NCBI GenBank assembly: GCA_002633005.1
Contig: NMRA01000141.1
Location: 359,609 to 423,608 of the forward strand
Direction of reading: 5' to 3'
DNA: 64,000 bases
From: Phoronis australis
Taxonomy: Eukaryota; Animalia; Phoronida
In this document: in pieces, positions 1 to 13,689 of the stretch
How positions within the stretch are numbered: position 1 is the stretch's first letter
Layout: every line of letters begins with the position of its first letter
Position numbers and translations under genes: made by a program
The notes under the pieces: generated by a model
Database searches by the model: none
Seen by the model: the letters and a program-made list of their open reading frames with translations, nothing else
What the model was told of the DNA's origin: nothing

Positions 1-2734
1 TTCGCAAAGGTTATCAGTGCACTAACAGCTCCTCTATTAAATCTTTTTGGTCAGATGAACAAAAACATCAGATTCTTGCAGAATTTCAACTGATATCGTT
101 AAAAGACATGTTGCGCTTTGCTGAACAAAATAATTGCCATCGTGCCTCTCATCGTTTGACAGCACGTACACATTACGCATGAAGCACCCAGTTAGCATTT
201 TACAGGTGACTCAAGATCTGAGAAAAGTTAGAAAAAAAATAACAAACAATAGAACGCAGAACCATGATATGTGCCCACCTTCATAATTTGCACATCGCGA
301 ATGGTAAAAATGTTAAGGTTTTCATTTTCTAAAAAATATTTCAACAGTAGTGCCATCTGCATGAAAAATAATACAAGTTGTACTCTACTCATAGGCCGAA
401 GTTGATGAAGATACATAGAAGAATTAGACCTGTACAGTGAATCTTGAGGCAGATACAATGACAATTTACCACTAGGAGGCACCACAGCAGTCAGATTAGT
501 CCAAGAACTGAAAGCAGACCTACAGTGCTTTCCTCAATAGAAACACCTTGATCAGATGCTATGAAGATCAACAAAAACTTGGTAGATATAGCAACGCAAA
601 GAAAACACAAATTGCCACAAGGGAGAACTAGAGTTGTCCAATCCATACAAAAAATCAAAACCAGTGGTTCTTGGTGACGCCTTCTGGCTTACAGACCCAT
701 CACATATCTTTCCCAGTTGACCCAATCAGAATGTTAAGAGTGAATCGGCCATTTGTGTGACCATTGTAAATATTATACGGTATATGACGAATAAGGAACA
801 CTCTACTCAGCCAAGATAACATAGACATTCGGTATATTGGCCCCACAGAATTTCAAATAATTTCACTTCTGAGTAGTTGTATCTACTAGTTCAAGGTTGT
901 ATTAAGCTTGGCACTCAAAACCCCATATCTTTTTGTTTCACCATGGCCATTAACCCGGACAAATATGGTATCTTGATATAGGACAAATAGACCACTTATG
1001 AGTTTCTAAACTGAGCAGAAAAGTGGACAAACTAGCCATCTTGTTGCATGACCTCCGCACAAGGTTTTAGTTCTGCACATGGAAAAAGCAGTGTGTGGTC
1101 TTACAAATCTCAGGCTAACATTGTAAACAGGATAGCAACATGATGCAACAGGAAGTGGGACAAAATTCCACGTGCTTCTGAGTAGAGTTCAGTAACACTA
1201 AGACCTTGCTAAAATCTACCCAAATCACATGCTCTCATTCAAAATACACGAAAATATCTCACAAAATCTAGCGAAGTCTTGTTTTTCAGCGAGTACCTAG
1301 TATTACTGAACTCTACCTTGATCTTTTAAAAGGTCTGTTTTGCAATTATGGTGGTAAAACAGCATGAATAGAGAAGCTGCAAACATGAGCACAATTCAGC
1401 ATTTCCATGCCAACAAACACCTTGCTGGACTCACCTGTCTGGTACACGTTTGTTATTTATAGTATTCAGGGCAAACTGCACCGCAACTTTCCAAGATCAT
1501 GAAGAAGGAAAACCGGAACCTTGCTTCAGGTGCAACAGCAACGGTTCTCGAGCCAGAATTGAAAACGTCACCAATAGGTGCCAAAAAAAACTATGCCCTG
1601 TAAACCTAGTTAGCCAAGACAGCCCACTGGTGCCTGGAAGTGTTAAAACATTACCAATATCATCCAACTCTTGTTTGTTTTAGTTGATTGATTTATTGAC
1701 AGGAACAGGTAATTAAGGCCAACTAATAAAAAGCCTCTATGGAGATGCATCAAATAGACAGCCTCCACTACTGATACGTGTCAAAAATCATGTGCAGATT
1801 TTGTACGTGTTTTGATCGAAAAAAAATGAGGCTGCAAGCATGGCGTATCCTAAAAACTTGACATGAAATGACTGAAGACAAACCAACGGAATATGCAAAA
1901 ATGCTTACAACTCTTTTGCATACATTAGCATTATATTTTAAAGGGGTTTATGTCCGTTTAATCCAGATAAATAAGAGTTTACCGGGAGACAAAACTGTAA
2001 TGAACTGTAGTACCCCTTTCAGTTATGCTGAATATACAAACAGGTTTAAGCTTGAAGACAGAGCATTAACAGCTGGGTTAACACTTAAGCTAATTGTTTC
2101 TTCAATCAATATTGTTATCAGTTGGTTTCAATGAAAATTTCGACATACAATGATTCAATATGCTAAGAAATGCTATAAAACATACCTCTCTTCCGTTTAG
2201 CAAACAGAAATTTTCTACTTCTCAAAGGGCAAACTAAATTTGTTAAAATGCAACTAATTTAGGCACACTTCTACCCCTCCCCNCCGTTTCTGTCTCAGAC
2301 GAGTAGTCAGTATAACTGTTGTCAAACAACATCCGAGTTTTTCCACCTTGGCTCTCAAGTTGAACTGCATATCTGCAAAATGTATAGAGTAATTCCTGTT
2401 CTTGAATATGAAATACAGGCAAACTTGGGTCCATTAGAAGAAACGTAATTACCCAATTGACTGTCTTATTAACATAATATCCCCAGTTAATGAGTTGAGA
2501 CTCTACCGTTCTTCACGACGCCAACAAAAGTGCCGGAAGCTCGGAGCAGTCGACGAGCTTGGTAGGGCAAATACAGATACTGGCAGTATCTTCAGTACGT
2601 ATTTACCTAACTTGCTACCCGATATACCTAAACAGCAATGCACAGTAGTGCAGATAAACAGTTGTTCTACTTTTTATAATTAACAACAGACGACAGCTTA
2701 TTTGCAAACTGATAATTTCATTTACATGCCTTAC

Positions 2735-2750
2735 CTAGCAGTGTTCACAA
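2735..2750 (-). CDS. Candidate 16-nt micro-exon TTGTGAACACTGCTAG (open only as phase 1 to 2)
   Basis: Strong acceptor gattggttctgtttttcag and donor TAG|GTAAGG only 16 nt apart. Confidence 0.3.
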
Positions 2751-3350
2751 CTGAAAAACAGAACCAATCAAACAGCCATTCAAACATGTCAGTCATGGGG
2801 AATATTCCAACATGACAAAAGTGTTGGTCAACAAGGTCAAGGCGACTGTCAAAATTGACTATGGAGAACACTCAATGTTTTGCTCGGTTATTCTTCAAAT
2901 GGTTCACTTAACCAAGTGAAGCACCTTTCCAATACTAAATAAAAGATAAACTCGTGCCATTTCTGTGCGTCCCCACATTGTTTAATTCTTCCATAAAAAC
3001 ATAGCATATGATAAAAACTCTTAATTTCTTACATTTTCTTACATTTGCCAGGTGGATCTTCTCTATCAAGTTGATATCCAACAGAGTTTGTACCCCCTAT
3101 AAAGCACCTATCCAAGAAACAATTTCAACAGTTGTAAAAAATTAACAAAACTGCCACATGCAAGCAATATAACTAACCTATAATCTCTCTTGGAAATCAC
3201 CAGTACATCTGTAATCAGACCTTCTACCATGCTCAGGTTGACAAATGTAAACTGTTGCTGTGACTGGCAGCAAATACAGTAAAAGACTGGAACACAGCTG
3301 TTCAACCAAGTCAAAGATATAGTTAAACCTTGTCTTTGACCAAGTACAAC

Positions 3351-3456
3351 CAACAATCCTCACAGTTCAACAATCCTCACAGTTCAACAATCCTCACAGT
3401 TCAACAATCCTCGCAGTTCAACAATCCTCACAGTTCAACAATCCCCACAGTTCAAC
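3351..3456 (+). repeat. 17-bp minisatellite (CAACAATCCTCACAGTT) x6
   Basis: Six head-to-tail copies, two with a single substitution, and no spacers. Confidence 0.95.
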
Positions 3457-3621
3457 CCCATCACATTGTGATTGTTATTACAACCCTACTGAGCAGATCT
3501 GACTTTAGAACATTAATGTCTGTGAACAAATGCCAAGACTTCTAGTTGGACAGATAGATTACCAAACAGGAATGAACATGTGTATAATATTTAGTTTATT
3601 TTGGATTTTTACAAATCATCG

Positions 3622-4118
3622 ATGGTACTCCCATAGATAAAGTGTACGGGGGTAGATGCACTGCTGAGATGGGTGACTTTTTTCTGGCCAGTATCCCTAC
3701 GAAAGGATGCCTTTTCTGGCGAAAGGTGTCACATCTTTTCCAATGTACGGTTCCACGTAGAAGGGTCATTTTGTGAGATGAAAACTCTAGAAAATGGCTT
3801 CCTTTTCAAGTACAAACTTTGGTATAAAAAATATTCAAATTTTTGGTTACAAAAAGTATTAATTTCTGACAACACATCTTTTTTGCACTTTAAAACATTT
3901 GTAGAAGAATCTCCACCAAAGGACTGGCAAATTTAAAGAATCAATATCATGACTTAGTATTTATGCACCAAAACTCTATGAAATGGTGACTTATTCAGGG
4001 ATGCGCCCTATGAATAGGCCCCTTTAATGCCAGTCAATTCTTCTAAATGGGTGCATTTAATCCTATTTTTCCAGCTGCAAACCATATGAAAAATATAGTT
4101 GAGTACCCCCATCCCCGG
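3622..4118. mobile_element. Degenerate MITE with GGTACTC...GAGTACCCCC..CCCGG ends
   Basis: Inverted ggtactc (3624) / gagtacc (4101) ends with a C-run and CCGG terminus; the left end is eroded. Confidence 0.4.
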
Positions 4119-4264
4119 TATGATCTGCATGAAATGGATTTGGATACAGGAACATGACTAGAAGGGTATCTAACAATGGGTACACAATAAGTGGGACTTT
4201 ATATTCTTTCACAACACCAATACAGAAGTTGTCAATCTTGGGTCAGGTTTTCAGGTTCCAACTC

Positions 4265-5685
4265 CACGGGTGAAAAACAACATGACCACCGGACCCAAAA
4301 CATGACTGCCAGTCCTTCAAATCAGACCGACTCACCACAGAACAGTATCTATGAGGATCAAATGGGGCCGACGCACCTAAAAACATGACCGCCCAAGACT
4401 GCCAGATAATGAACATGAAGGCCGGACAAACTGCAGTTATCAATTACTGCGTGATACTGCAGGTTAAAACCAGTCAGCTACCTGTGTAAAAACTATGTCA
4501 AAATACAGCTTGGTAGCTCTGTGTGCTGAGCTCTGTTAGACCTCATAAGTTCACGCAGCCCAGGTAGTTCTGCTCGTCACCTCGTCGTTAAACTTATATC
4601 AACATGTAGTTAACGACCGGCGGAGGTGCATGCAAAACCTAGTAGTCAACAAACACTCAACTTGCCCGTTGCAGCCACTTGAGTGGAAAACAATGTAAGA
4701 AACATCTTTTACTTGCATAAATCTGCCTTTTGTAACAAAGAAAAGTCTGACACGCTCGTGACGGCAAAATTTGTACTAAAATTCGGTCTGCTAGTACTGA
4801 AATACTAAAAATATGTAACGAAATGAAACCAGTTCCGATAATTTGTTGTGCCATGTATGCAACCCCATGGAAAAGAACAGGTGATTGAAGAATTGGGGAA
4901 AAAAGAAATTGGCCAATGAAAGCCTACCCAAAAGAACAATTTTAGCAGCAGAATAACGGCAGAACGACAAGTTTTCCCAAGCACTGTTAAATAATTTAGT
5001 TTACCAAAGAAAAGTGTCATTAATAACACTAATTTTGTGAAGATTTTACTTGTTCAGTTTTTTACCCAAACTGCACCAAAGCAATATATTTAGTATACAG
5101 CTTTGACAATGATGATAATTTACCCGAGAACCAGAACGCCCATTTTTGGCTTGACTAAAACCTTAAATTGGAGAAAATGAATTTCGTTTCGTTCTAAAAC
5201 TTACGCAGTGGATAAAATTTTAATTATTTAGCTCAAAAGTGTGCAATGTTGTTCGTTTGTGGTTAGATTTATTAATATCAAATCTTGATCTTTTTTCAAT
5301 TGTTTATAAGTCGCATACCGCAGCATAGCCCGATGAAGCAAAACTCAAAAGCGGCGCATTTGACAAAGCGAAGTGTCCTGTAGCACACAAAAGATTTCGG
5401 TGGCTTAATCGGCATAAGACCTGCATATACGTATATAGCCCCATTGAATGATCTGTGTCAATGACCGGTAATAAAAATTAGTCTGGTTGTCATTGTGGAC
5501 AAGTTTCAATCCCCAGTGGTCATGTTCAGTCTCCGCCGGTCCTGCTTTGTGGTGGGGCGGTCATGTTTTTAGGTGCGACAGTCCCATTTTCTGGTGCGTC
5601 GGTCCCATTTGATCCTTGTAAGTCCTGTTTTTAGGTGAGTCGGTCAGATTTGGAGTACCGGCGGTCATGTTGTTTCTCACCCGTG
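4265..5685. mobile_element. Non-autonomous TIR element with CACGGGTGA...TCACCCGTG termini (CMC group: Transib/Chapaev/EnSpm-like)
   Basis: Inverted arms of ~130-165 bp (4265-~4420 vs ~5520-5685) with subterminal AACATGACC repeats. Flanks aactc / acctc could be a 5-bp TSD with one mismatch. Confidence 0.75.
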
Positions 5686-7347
5686 ACCTCTGGGTCCACC
5701 GCTGAGGGCAGAGATGCAAAACAACGATTATACCAGAAACACTCCTGCATTACTGGAAGAAATTAGAAAATTGATGTGCAAGATTTAGGTAATGGTCTCG
5801 CAGTTAATCTTCTTAGGTTTGACTCCAAAGTTTTGTTTTCACAACAGCACTAGGAAGTTTGAAGTCTCCCAGGCTTTCAGTTAATCAAAGGTATTGATCT
5901 GTGGTGACCTGGGTCAATCATTAAATTCATTGTTTCCACCTTTATCAAGCTACTGTGTGGGAATCAACTGCATTAGTAGAGATAAAAGTGGTCAAGAGTG
6001 CAACTAAATGAGCCAGGGCAGAAGTGCTCTTCAAGTTGTTTTCTTTAATTAAAATACTGGTGTAATCTAAAAGCAACAATTCTAAAGCCTAGGACAAAAA
6101 TAGCAAACACACACGCACACACACTTGATTATCTTTGGCAAAATTTCTCAAAAAATTAAATCAAGACAGTTTTACCTCGCTGCTAACCGTGGTTTGCTTA
6201 TATTATGAAGCTGCTTATAACACTTGGAGACATGTTGAGCTTGGCCAGATAAGAAGAAATTCAAATGCTAAATGTTTATAAACAAGTAGCCTGATAAAAA
6301 GCCCTGTTGATGAGGTCATTAATTACTACAGAAATTGTTGCCACTATTACTGATTTAGGTCAATTAGAACAATTTGACAGATAACTTAGGTTGGTCAATG
6401 GTAATTGTTGTAACCAAGTGTTTTTAAGTAGGGAGATATTCACTTGCCATTTGGATACATGCCCATTAGAATGTGAAAGTTTACATTTTACCTTTAGCAA
6501 CAGATAGACAAACACTGTCGTCACCCCCTCCCCCCCTCGAATCCACAATATGGTTTACAATGTACATAACCCATTTATGTCAAGCCCTGAACCATTGTCT
6601 CTCCAGAATATGCCTGAGTCCCAATCTTCACAATCAAGGAAATTCCAATTCAGCCTGAATAACAGTGTCCGACAATCCGGAACTGGAGAATATGTAACGT
6701 ACTAATGAAGAACACTACCACGAGAACAAACAAACCTATACAGAAACTAAAACGCCACAGATACAAAACTGTTATGAAACTAAATGCTAAGTTGCCCATC
6801 CACCGACACGACACGACTGCCCTGCCCCTTGCCATGCCTAAACAAACATGTAAAGCACTCCTGCAACGAACTCGATCACAGGCAGGTATACATTCCAGAC
6901 TGCACCAGAAAAGCTCATCATTCTAACTGATTGTGGGGGATGCAGTCACATTGCATGCAACTGCAGCAGAATATTCATATTCTTAACCCAGGTTTAATCA
7001 ACTGTTCTAAGTTATTAATAATCCCTGACTTAACAACCACTGGTTCATGAAGATTACTTCTAAGCACATGACAAGTGTACCATAATTAGTCATTACAACA
7101 CACTTAATTGTCATTTCAATGAGCTATATACTGGTTTTCATAACATTAAGAAGCTTTATGTCCATGTCACAGGAGCTTTAATTTCTTAATTGCTGTTTTT
7201 TTAAGAGGAAAGAGGATAAGTTCAGAGAAACAAAACTGTAATAATAACTGCTACTGTAAAATGCTTTACAAAAAATGTTCGTTCATGAAGACCACAGGTG
7301 ACATTCCACGCTTGTGATAATTGTAGTCAGTCTGCAGGCTCACTTAC

Positions 7348-7369
7348 CAAACTGTTCATTTGGCACACC
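7348..7369 (-). CDS. Candidate 22-nt micro-exon (GVPNEQF, phase 0 to 1) or very short first exon (MNSL, phase 0)
   Basis: Consensus donor TTG|GTAAGTG; upstream tttcag acceptor with a weak pyrimidine tract; internal ATG AAC AGT TTG. Confidence 0.3.
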
Positions 7370-7872
7370 CTGAAACGTTGTCTACTAATGAGCAGAACAA
7401 AGAAGTTCTGACAGGGATGTTATTGCAACTGCCGATCAGTTATGACAAAGAATTATTGCATTTGTCACACATATGCTCAAAGAATTACTTGCCTGGAACT
7501 GGCATGCAAGAAGATGGGGGTGGGCGGTAAATTGAACAATAACTTCAGCTGCCTTTACGACCAAGAGAGACTAAGGACACTTTCCCACCCAAATAAGGCA
7601 AGGTGTCACTAAAACTCTGACTGATGCGTTACGCGGTGGTGAGCGAGTTTTGTAGAAGGTTTGGAGCCTGAAATTCGAGTAAGACGGCCATTCACATTGA
7701 CAAGGGCAAGGGTGTTTTCTGGGAAGTCTTGTGTAAATTTGGGGGGCAAGTGAGCATGAACGTTTAAATGTGAAAATTTGGAAATTTCATTGGCATGGTG
7801 CCACAATTACCCGAGGACCACCTTAACTTAGTAAAGATTTGCTATGGTAACCGTATTCTAAAATAATGAACT

Positions 7873-8230
7873 CTGTCGCAGATCCTGGATTTTGCTCATG
7901 GGGTCCACTCTCAGAATAAACATTGGCAGTAGGATTTGGCCAAATCATCACAAGAAAACTGTAGCAAGTACTTAAGCCATTGATGTCGTATTTAAAAGAT
8001 TGTATACTATTATACAGAATCCAGGCATAAGTTTTTTAACTCGGAACATTGGGAAACCATACACCTATAACATTCGACAATCATGAAAAGGGGACTTGGA
8101 AACAGAAAATTGGCGAAAGTCAAGGCCAAAGTTGTAACTTGGTAGAAGTGCATGTCAATCCTCCATCGAAGTAAAGTTAAAGTGACCTCACGCTGGGGGT
8201 CCCGATCTCCTTGACCACCTATGCATGCAT
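7873..8230. mobile_element. Degenerate hAT-like MITE related to 24769-24934
   Basis: Left end ctgtcgcagatcctggatttt...ggggtcc; right end gggggtcccgatctccttgacc... Confidence 0.35.
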
Positions 8231-9369
8231 TGCTGGATGTCTTCAATAACGAATCACAGATGCATTTGATTTATCGCGGTATCCAACGAGTAGTAAAAAA
8301 TAAAAGACACATAAAATACATCTAACATCCTCCAATAAACTTATGCATCTTGTCTGTTATCCCTAATCAACCAATATCGCAGCTTTCATCACTTGTAGGG
8401 ACCTACTGCACATTTGAAATTCATGTGCAATGAAGCTGCTACTACAAGCTTAATTGCAAGGGTGATTTCAGAAAATTACCACTAATTTCATTAATGTTTT
8501 CCACAAATCAAATGAACCGTTAACTTTTCAATAGGTGTTCCTCTGTGGCAAAGGTCTAGCCAGTAAATATGCCAAAGGTTATTTTCAACATGACATCCGT
8601 CTTCGGAAGACAAGTGGTGGGGAAAAAAATTTATTTAAACGNCCTGTGGTAACTACTTGGTATTCAACAGTAGCATCCAATACCACGAGTTGATGAGCAC
8701 ACAGACGCCCTCTGAATAATACCGGTAACCACAACACTTTTTCGCAATAGCAGGGATCAATGGACCCCTATGCCCCCCCTCCCGTCTAAGTTGGTGAAGA
8801 CAACAAGTCTGCTGCTTCAGAAACTCGTGACCTCATTTCGACACGACAGCTTCTTTACTAACCGTAAAACCTTTACTTTATTATCCAAAGACAACACTAA
8901 GTTCACTCGAACACAACAAGGGCTTTACAGACTCACAAAAAGTCAGTTGATGAATGGACCAAGTATAACCTAGCTTATATTTCCACGCAGCAAAAACCTC
9001 ATTGTATCATTTCTTCGCGTACTTTAGAATGGGGCCTTATAGAGAAATGGTAACTCAGATAAACATAACCTCATCAATTGAACTAGAGGTCAGGCATAGA
9101 TTAACACCAGGTCAACCAACATGGAACAAAAATGATCAATACAAGTTAACTTCTTTAGATGTCTTGGGGGAAAACATGCAAAAAACAAGACGAAATTGTA
9201 CCAAATTGCCAAAAATCAATTCAGGGGAAAAGTACGGGGAATTTAAGCATATTCAGTGCTCTCTTAATACAACTGAATATGTCAACATATTTGCCACTCG
9301 TATTTCCGGTTTTGGGGTCGCAAAAAGTGGTGTCCGAAAAACATCTGCTATGCTCCCATTCGAATAATA

Positions 9370-9540
9370 TGAGGGAGGAAAGTTTTCTACTCGAATGAGG
9401 AAACTTTTTTTAGAGTGAGGTCATTTTTGTACTCGAGTGAGGAAACTTTACTACTCGAGTCAGGTCATGTTTCTACTCTAGTGAGGACCATTACTACTCG
9501 AGTTGAGGTCACTTTTCTACTCCAGAGAGGTCACTTTTCT
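9370..9540 (+). repeat. Degenerate ~22-bp tandem repeat (CTACTCGAGTGAGG core)
   Basis: Recurring tactcgagtgaggaaactttt / gaggtcacttttctactc units; resembles transposon subterminal repeats. Confidence 0.7.
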
Positions 9541-9970
9541 AATCTTATTTTACTTTTTCCACTCATATTTTCAACCGTTTACTTGCTGGTGTCCAGCCCT
9601 GACGTTGCCTTCACACATTTGATTGGCAGTTGGATGACGTTTTTGTTCCAGTAAACTATAAACATCTGAATACCAGATCTAAAAGTTAGGATGGATGTCT
9701 GGAGTCAGATAAACACAATAACAGTGGACAATAGACAACAACAACAATGACCAATCAATGGAATAAGGAAATATACCTGTCATAACTTATTTGTCATAAT
9801 ATTAAATTCATTTCGTACTATCACAACTGAGGATTTTACTGCCATCTCAGCCTCGACATCATACAGTCAGAATGTTTTCACGAATCATCTGTCATTCTGC
9901 AAGCAATTATTTCTTTTTTTCATAGGGAAAGGACATAAAGTATTCCAGCTTCAGACAAATACTGACTTAC

Positions 9971-10005
9971 TCTACACTTTTACTCTCCAGTTCCAAAAGT
10001 GCGAC
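9971..10005 (-). CDS. Candidate 35-nt exon VALLELESKSV(D/E), phase 0 to 2
   Basis: Good donor GTAAGTC; acceptor tgttgtag has a poor pyrimidine tract. Confidence 0.25.
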
Positions 10006-10242
10006 CTACAACAGTCCCTCTATGAGTTCCATACTATTGTAAGCAACATGACTTGTGAACCAAAGTTGAAAATTCAGTCTACAATGTTGACAGAGTCCAC
10101 AAATCGGCAATGTTTCAAAACAGAAAATTGGATCAACATTTAAACAAAGCGTATAACAACACCTATTCCTCACTCTTAAACATGAAGAGATCACCGTTGC
10201 TTAATACCTCTGGTTTCGTCAGCGACACAAAGGTAGACTTAC

Positions 10243-10365
10243 CTTTTTGGAATGCAGTGTCCTCTCTTCATCGATTACTTCCATAGCAGCCTGCGGACTC
10301 CCCACTGGCATGTCCACAGTTCCTGATATTCCAATGGAGTTCAATGGGTTACTCACAATATGACA
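10243..10365 (-). CDS. Candidate coding exon (123 bp, phase 0/0): CHIVSNPLNSIGISGTVDMPVGSPQAAMEVIDEERTLHSKK; could also act as a first exon from ATG 10311
   Basis: Acceptor ttttgttagttcctcactgccag and consensus donor AAG|GTAAGT. Open frame matches ORF 10219..10401. Phase is compatible with the 27114-27293 exon. Confidence 0.6.
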
Positions 10366-10911
10366 CTGGCAGTGAGGAACTAACAAAAGGTCTAGTTTCA
10401 ACTTATCATGAACTTATATCCTGCTAGACTAAACAATGCGCTAATTCCAACAATGTATAAAGTAATAGTAATAGTTCATGGGTAGACACCAGCTAAGTAC
10501 ACTCCACAACTGAACTGATTACACTCCACAGCTCTATGGTAAGTCAAAATGATATGTTCTGTTGTAAAGGTGGAACAGATAGCAATGTCGAGATAACTGC
10601 CTCTGTGGCATATAGACACACCGGACTTGAACAACGTCAATATAACTGCTGTTTGTGTGACCCAAGATTAATTTAACAACCGTAATGCAGCAAAAAACAA
10701 GAACCTTGATCAAACATCAGCCTGTTAGCTCTGACACCCCTGACAAGAAAGACTTGTTTACTGGCCTGGAGAGAATCTAGCCTCAGTCACATGGCAAAGT
10801 TTACCATGGATGGATCATTCCAAAACAAACAAGCCAAGGGGTGAGAGGCAAGTGAACCCGCTGGCTGGCGCGGAGAGTAGTTGTTTTTCACCAAACGCAG
10901 CATTAACCGCT

Positions 10912-11095
10912 TCAAAAATCAATAGCAAACGGTAAACACTTCAAACTCGGACTGGAGAGGGTCAATAGAAAGCTTTGGGATATTAGCTCTCTTGAGAGAA
11001 AATCAAACAGGGACGGACTGACGGGGGGAGGTGTCATGCTATCACGGAAGTTTGGTGACCTTGAGCGGAAATTAGGGACTCTGAGAGAGTGAGGG
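10912..11095 (-). CDS. Candidate exon with phase-2 acceptor, Ser/Pro-rich peptide PHSLRVPNFRSRSPNFRDSMTPPPVSPSLF...
   Basis: Acceptor tttattttctcatggttatag, locally GC-richer, part of ORF 10912..11277. No convincing donor found. Confidence 0.25.
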
Positions 11096-11649
11096 CTATA
11101 ACCATGAGAAAATAAACATTCTAAAATTTTCAAAGGAGAAAACTGCAAAAATTGAGGTGATAGTTTCCATCCTACATTCCTTAGCTTACACATATAGATA
11201 GACCTACACGTCAGCATTTGAACATTTTTAAATGCATCGTGAATATTATTTATGAAAAAAAAGAATACAAATGGCATTTCTGCATGAGATACAAAGATTC
11301 CAGGTATTTACAATTTCCAGGCACTAAAAAACATCAAAGAAGTTCATTTACAAAATCAAAACGTATGAAAGAAGTAATTTCTAAGTAATGAAGTGGCCCC
11401 ACTGGGAGCCTCCAAGTGATACCATCCACAATGAAGAACAATAGAATCAATTCATGACAGCAAAAATGTACAAATGGATCTCTCAGAGTACAGCATCCTG
11501 CAGGCAATGAGTGTTGGAGCTAAGCGCTGAGAATTGATCCTGAGGATTGGAGGGTTGAATAACGCCAGCTAGTCACTCACGAGGTACTCTAGAAGATAAA
11601 TCTCAGTGAGCATTATTTGCCTTGAAAGTCTAGTGTGTTCAGTCTGCAG

Positions 11650-11660
11650 GTGTGTGTGTG

Positions 11661-11696
<36 letters not shown>

Positions 11697-11711
11697 TGTG
11701 TGCGTGTGTGT
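11650..11711 (+). repeat. (TG)n microsatellite
   Basis: About 30 imperfect TG units. Confidence 0.95.
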
Positions 11712-13689
11712 TAACAGTTTGGAACAAAATACATGATGAATGACAGAATTTTTCTTTTGTCAAATTTCTTAGGAGCAATATTACCATGTTCCTTAATTCT
11801 GTTCCGTCAACAAACATCGGGTATTTTTTTGGCATTTCTGGACAAGTGGTAAGCTTATGAAAAAGGGAATTCTATCAAATATTTTTGTTTCAACTTGCAA
11901 AATGTTTACAGTATCTACATATTACAACCGGACTATTACATGTTGCTACTGTCTGCTTGATTATTTGCAAAACACGAGCAAGATTTTCCATTGACTCGCA
12001 ACATTCTGCATCACAAAATACAACTACAGATTCCTACTTGTCACAATAATTTGTACCAAACCAATAAACGGCTCAACGCCACATACAAAATTACAAACCA
12101 TACCAGTACCCCACTAAAGTTTTGACAGGAACTTGCGAATAGTATCCGAATTCAGCTGACTAACTTGTTCTAACAAGTAAACTCTATTCTTTTATTAGAA
12201 GAAGATTCAAAACTATGAATTATAAAGAAAATATATTATTCACAGCACAAGTTGTCAGCACAATCTGAAACAAAGCACACCTCAACAGTTTAACTGGATG
12301 GTTGACCTATATTTCTGATTCAGTATAAACGGTACAAAGTAGGACTCACAGTGATAATTTAATTATTTTTGTACCAGATCTTTGAAACAGTTGGTTGTGG
12401 CTGTCACAAATTCAAGGCAGCCATTTAAACCTATTTTATGAACTGACAAGACAAGGTGTATTTTCACAATTTGTTGATACAAAATGCAATGTCCCATAGT
12501 TGAAAAATGTAAAAAATGTCCAAATTGCCTCAGGTCTCAATCTTCAGAAACAAGAAAATTTAACTTCAGCTTGAATTTCAGGATTTCAAGTTTTAGAGAC
12601 TGTCCCAAACTGCAGAACATTTACTGTAACAATGAGCCTTAAGTGAGCCTGTCTTCTCCGACTTGCATGAATTTCAAAACCAAACAATGGATCTAAAAAT
12701 TCATGCCTTTCAGGCAAACGTACACAGAACAGTACCAGTCTGATACACTGTGAAATGCACCAGGTAAGGACATAATATGGCTGACAAGTATAAAGTTACA
12801 GAGCCAAATTTCTGACCAAAAACGATTACGGAAAAGTGGCAGGTTTATAGGGGGCTCACAACGGTGACATGAGTAAGACCCATCAGCAAAATCGTTGATC
12901 CACCGCTGCTCCCGTTACCATGGTTTTTACAGTGAAGCTGTCATCAAACAACAGTTGGCCTTTTTGAACATTTATAGCAATGCAGTAAGCATGTAAAATA
13001 GAAATATGGCAACTTATTTTTGCCCCAAAATTGGATTAATTTATACCACAATTACATAACCATCACCTCAGGGACGACTGCACACAAATGCACAATATCT
13101 ACAAACAAACAATTGTGTATGTGTGTTAGAGACCTTCATGAAAGTAATTCCCAATGAAAATGACTCAAATATGATTGCAAACTAACTCAGAGTTGATTAC
13201 TCCCAAAATCTCAAATCAGACAGCCTGTGAAAGAATCACTATGCACTTCTGTCCAGACACAAACTGCAACATCCCAAACTATATGTCTTTGTACAGGATG
13301 CAACTTCATCATGCAGCTGCATCCACAGTTTATAAGGTCAGCGTTTTCTTTTGTCATCCATCCTAACGCATGACAAGAATCCTCTCATCAAGTGTCTGAC
13401 AATATTCTCATTTGAAGCAACTGAATTAAGATCATATTTTACTTAAGTCTAAGAATTGTTACAACTCCAAACTTTCAAGCTTCTGCATCCTGTAAAGTTA
13501 GTCAAAATTAAGACAAAACTTAAGTAAAAAACTTAAGTAAAACTTAAGCTCTCTTTTTCGAAACGAACCCAAGACAAATATAAGTTTTATCTTAAAATTG
13601 ACTGAAATTCAAGATTTGTCTTGGCTAAGTCAGTTTTGTTGGAACGGGTCCCAGGACTACAGATGGTGATGGAACAAATAATAAACTAT

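Noticed and set aside
3351-3456. Regular short repeats resembling a CRISPR array
   Set aside because: Head-to-tail 17-mers with no unique spacers, no cas genes and a eukaryotic context.
4265-4303. RSS-like heptamer-23 bp-nonamer (CACGGGT + 23 + CCAAAACAT)
   Set aside because: The nonamer matches ACAAAAACC at only 5 of 9, is part of the subterminal repeat unit, and has no 12-spacer counterpart on the other end.
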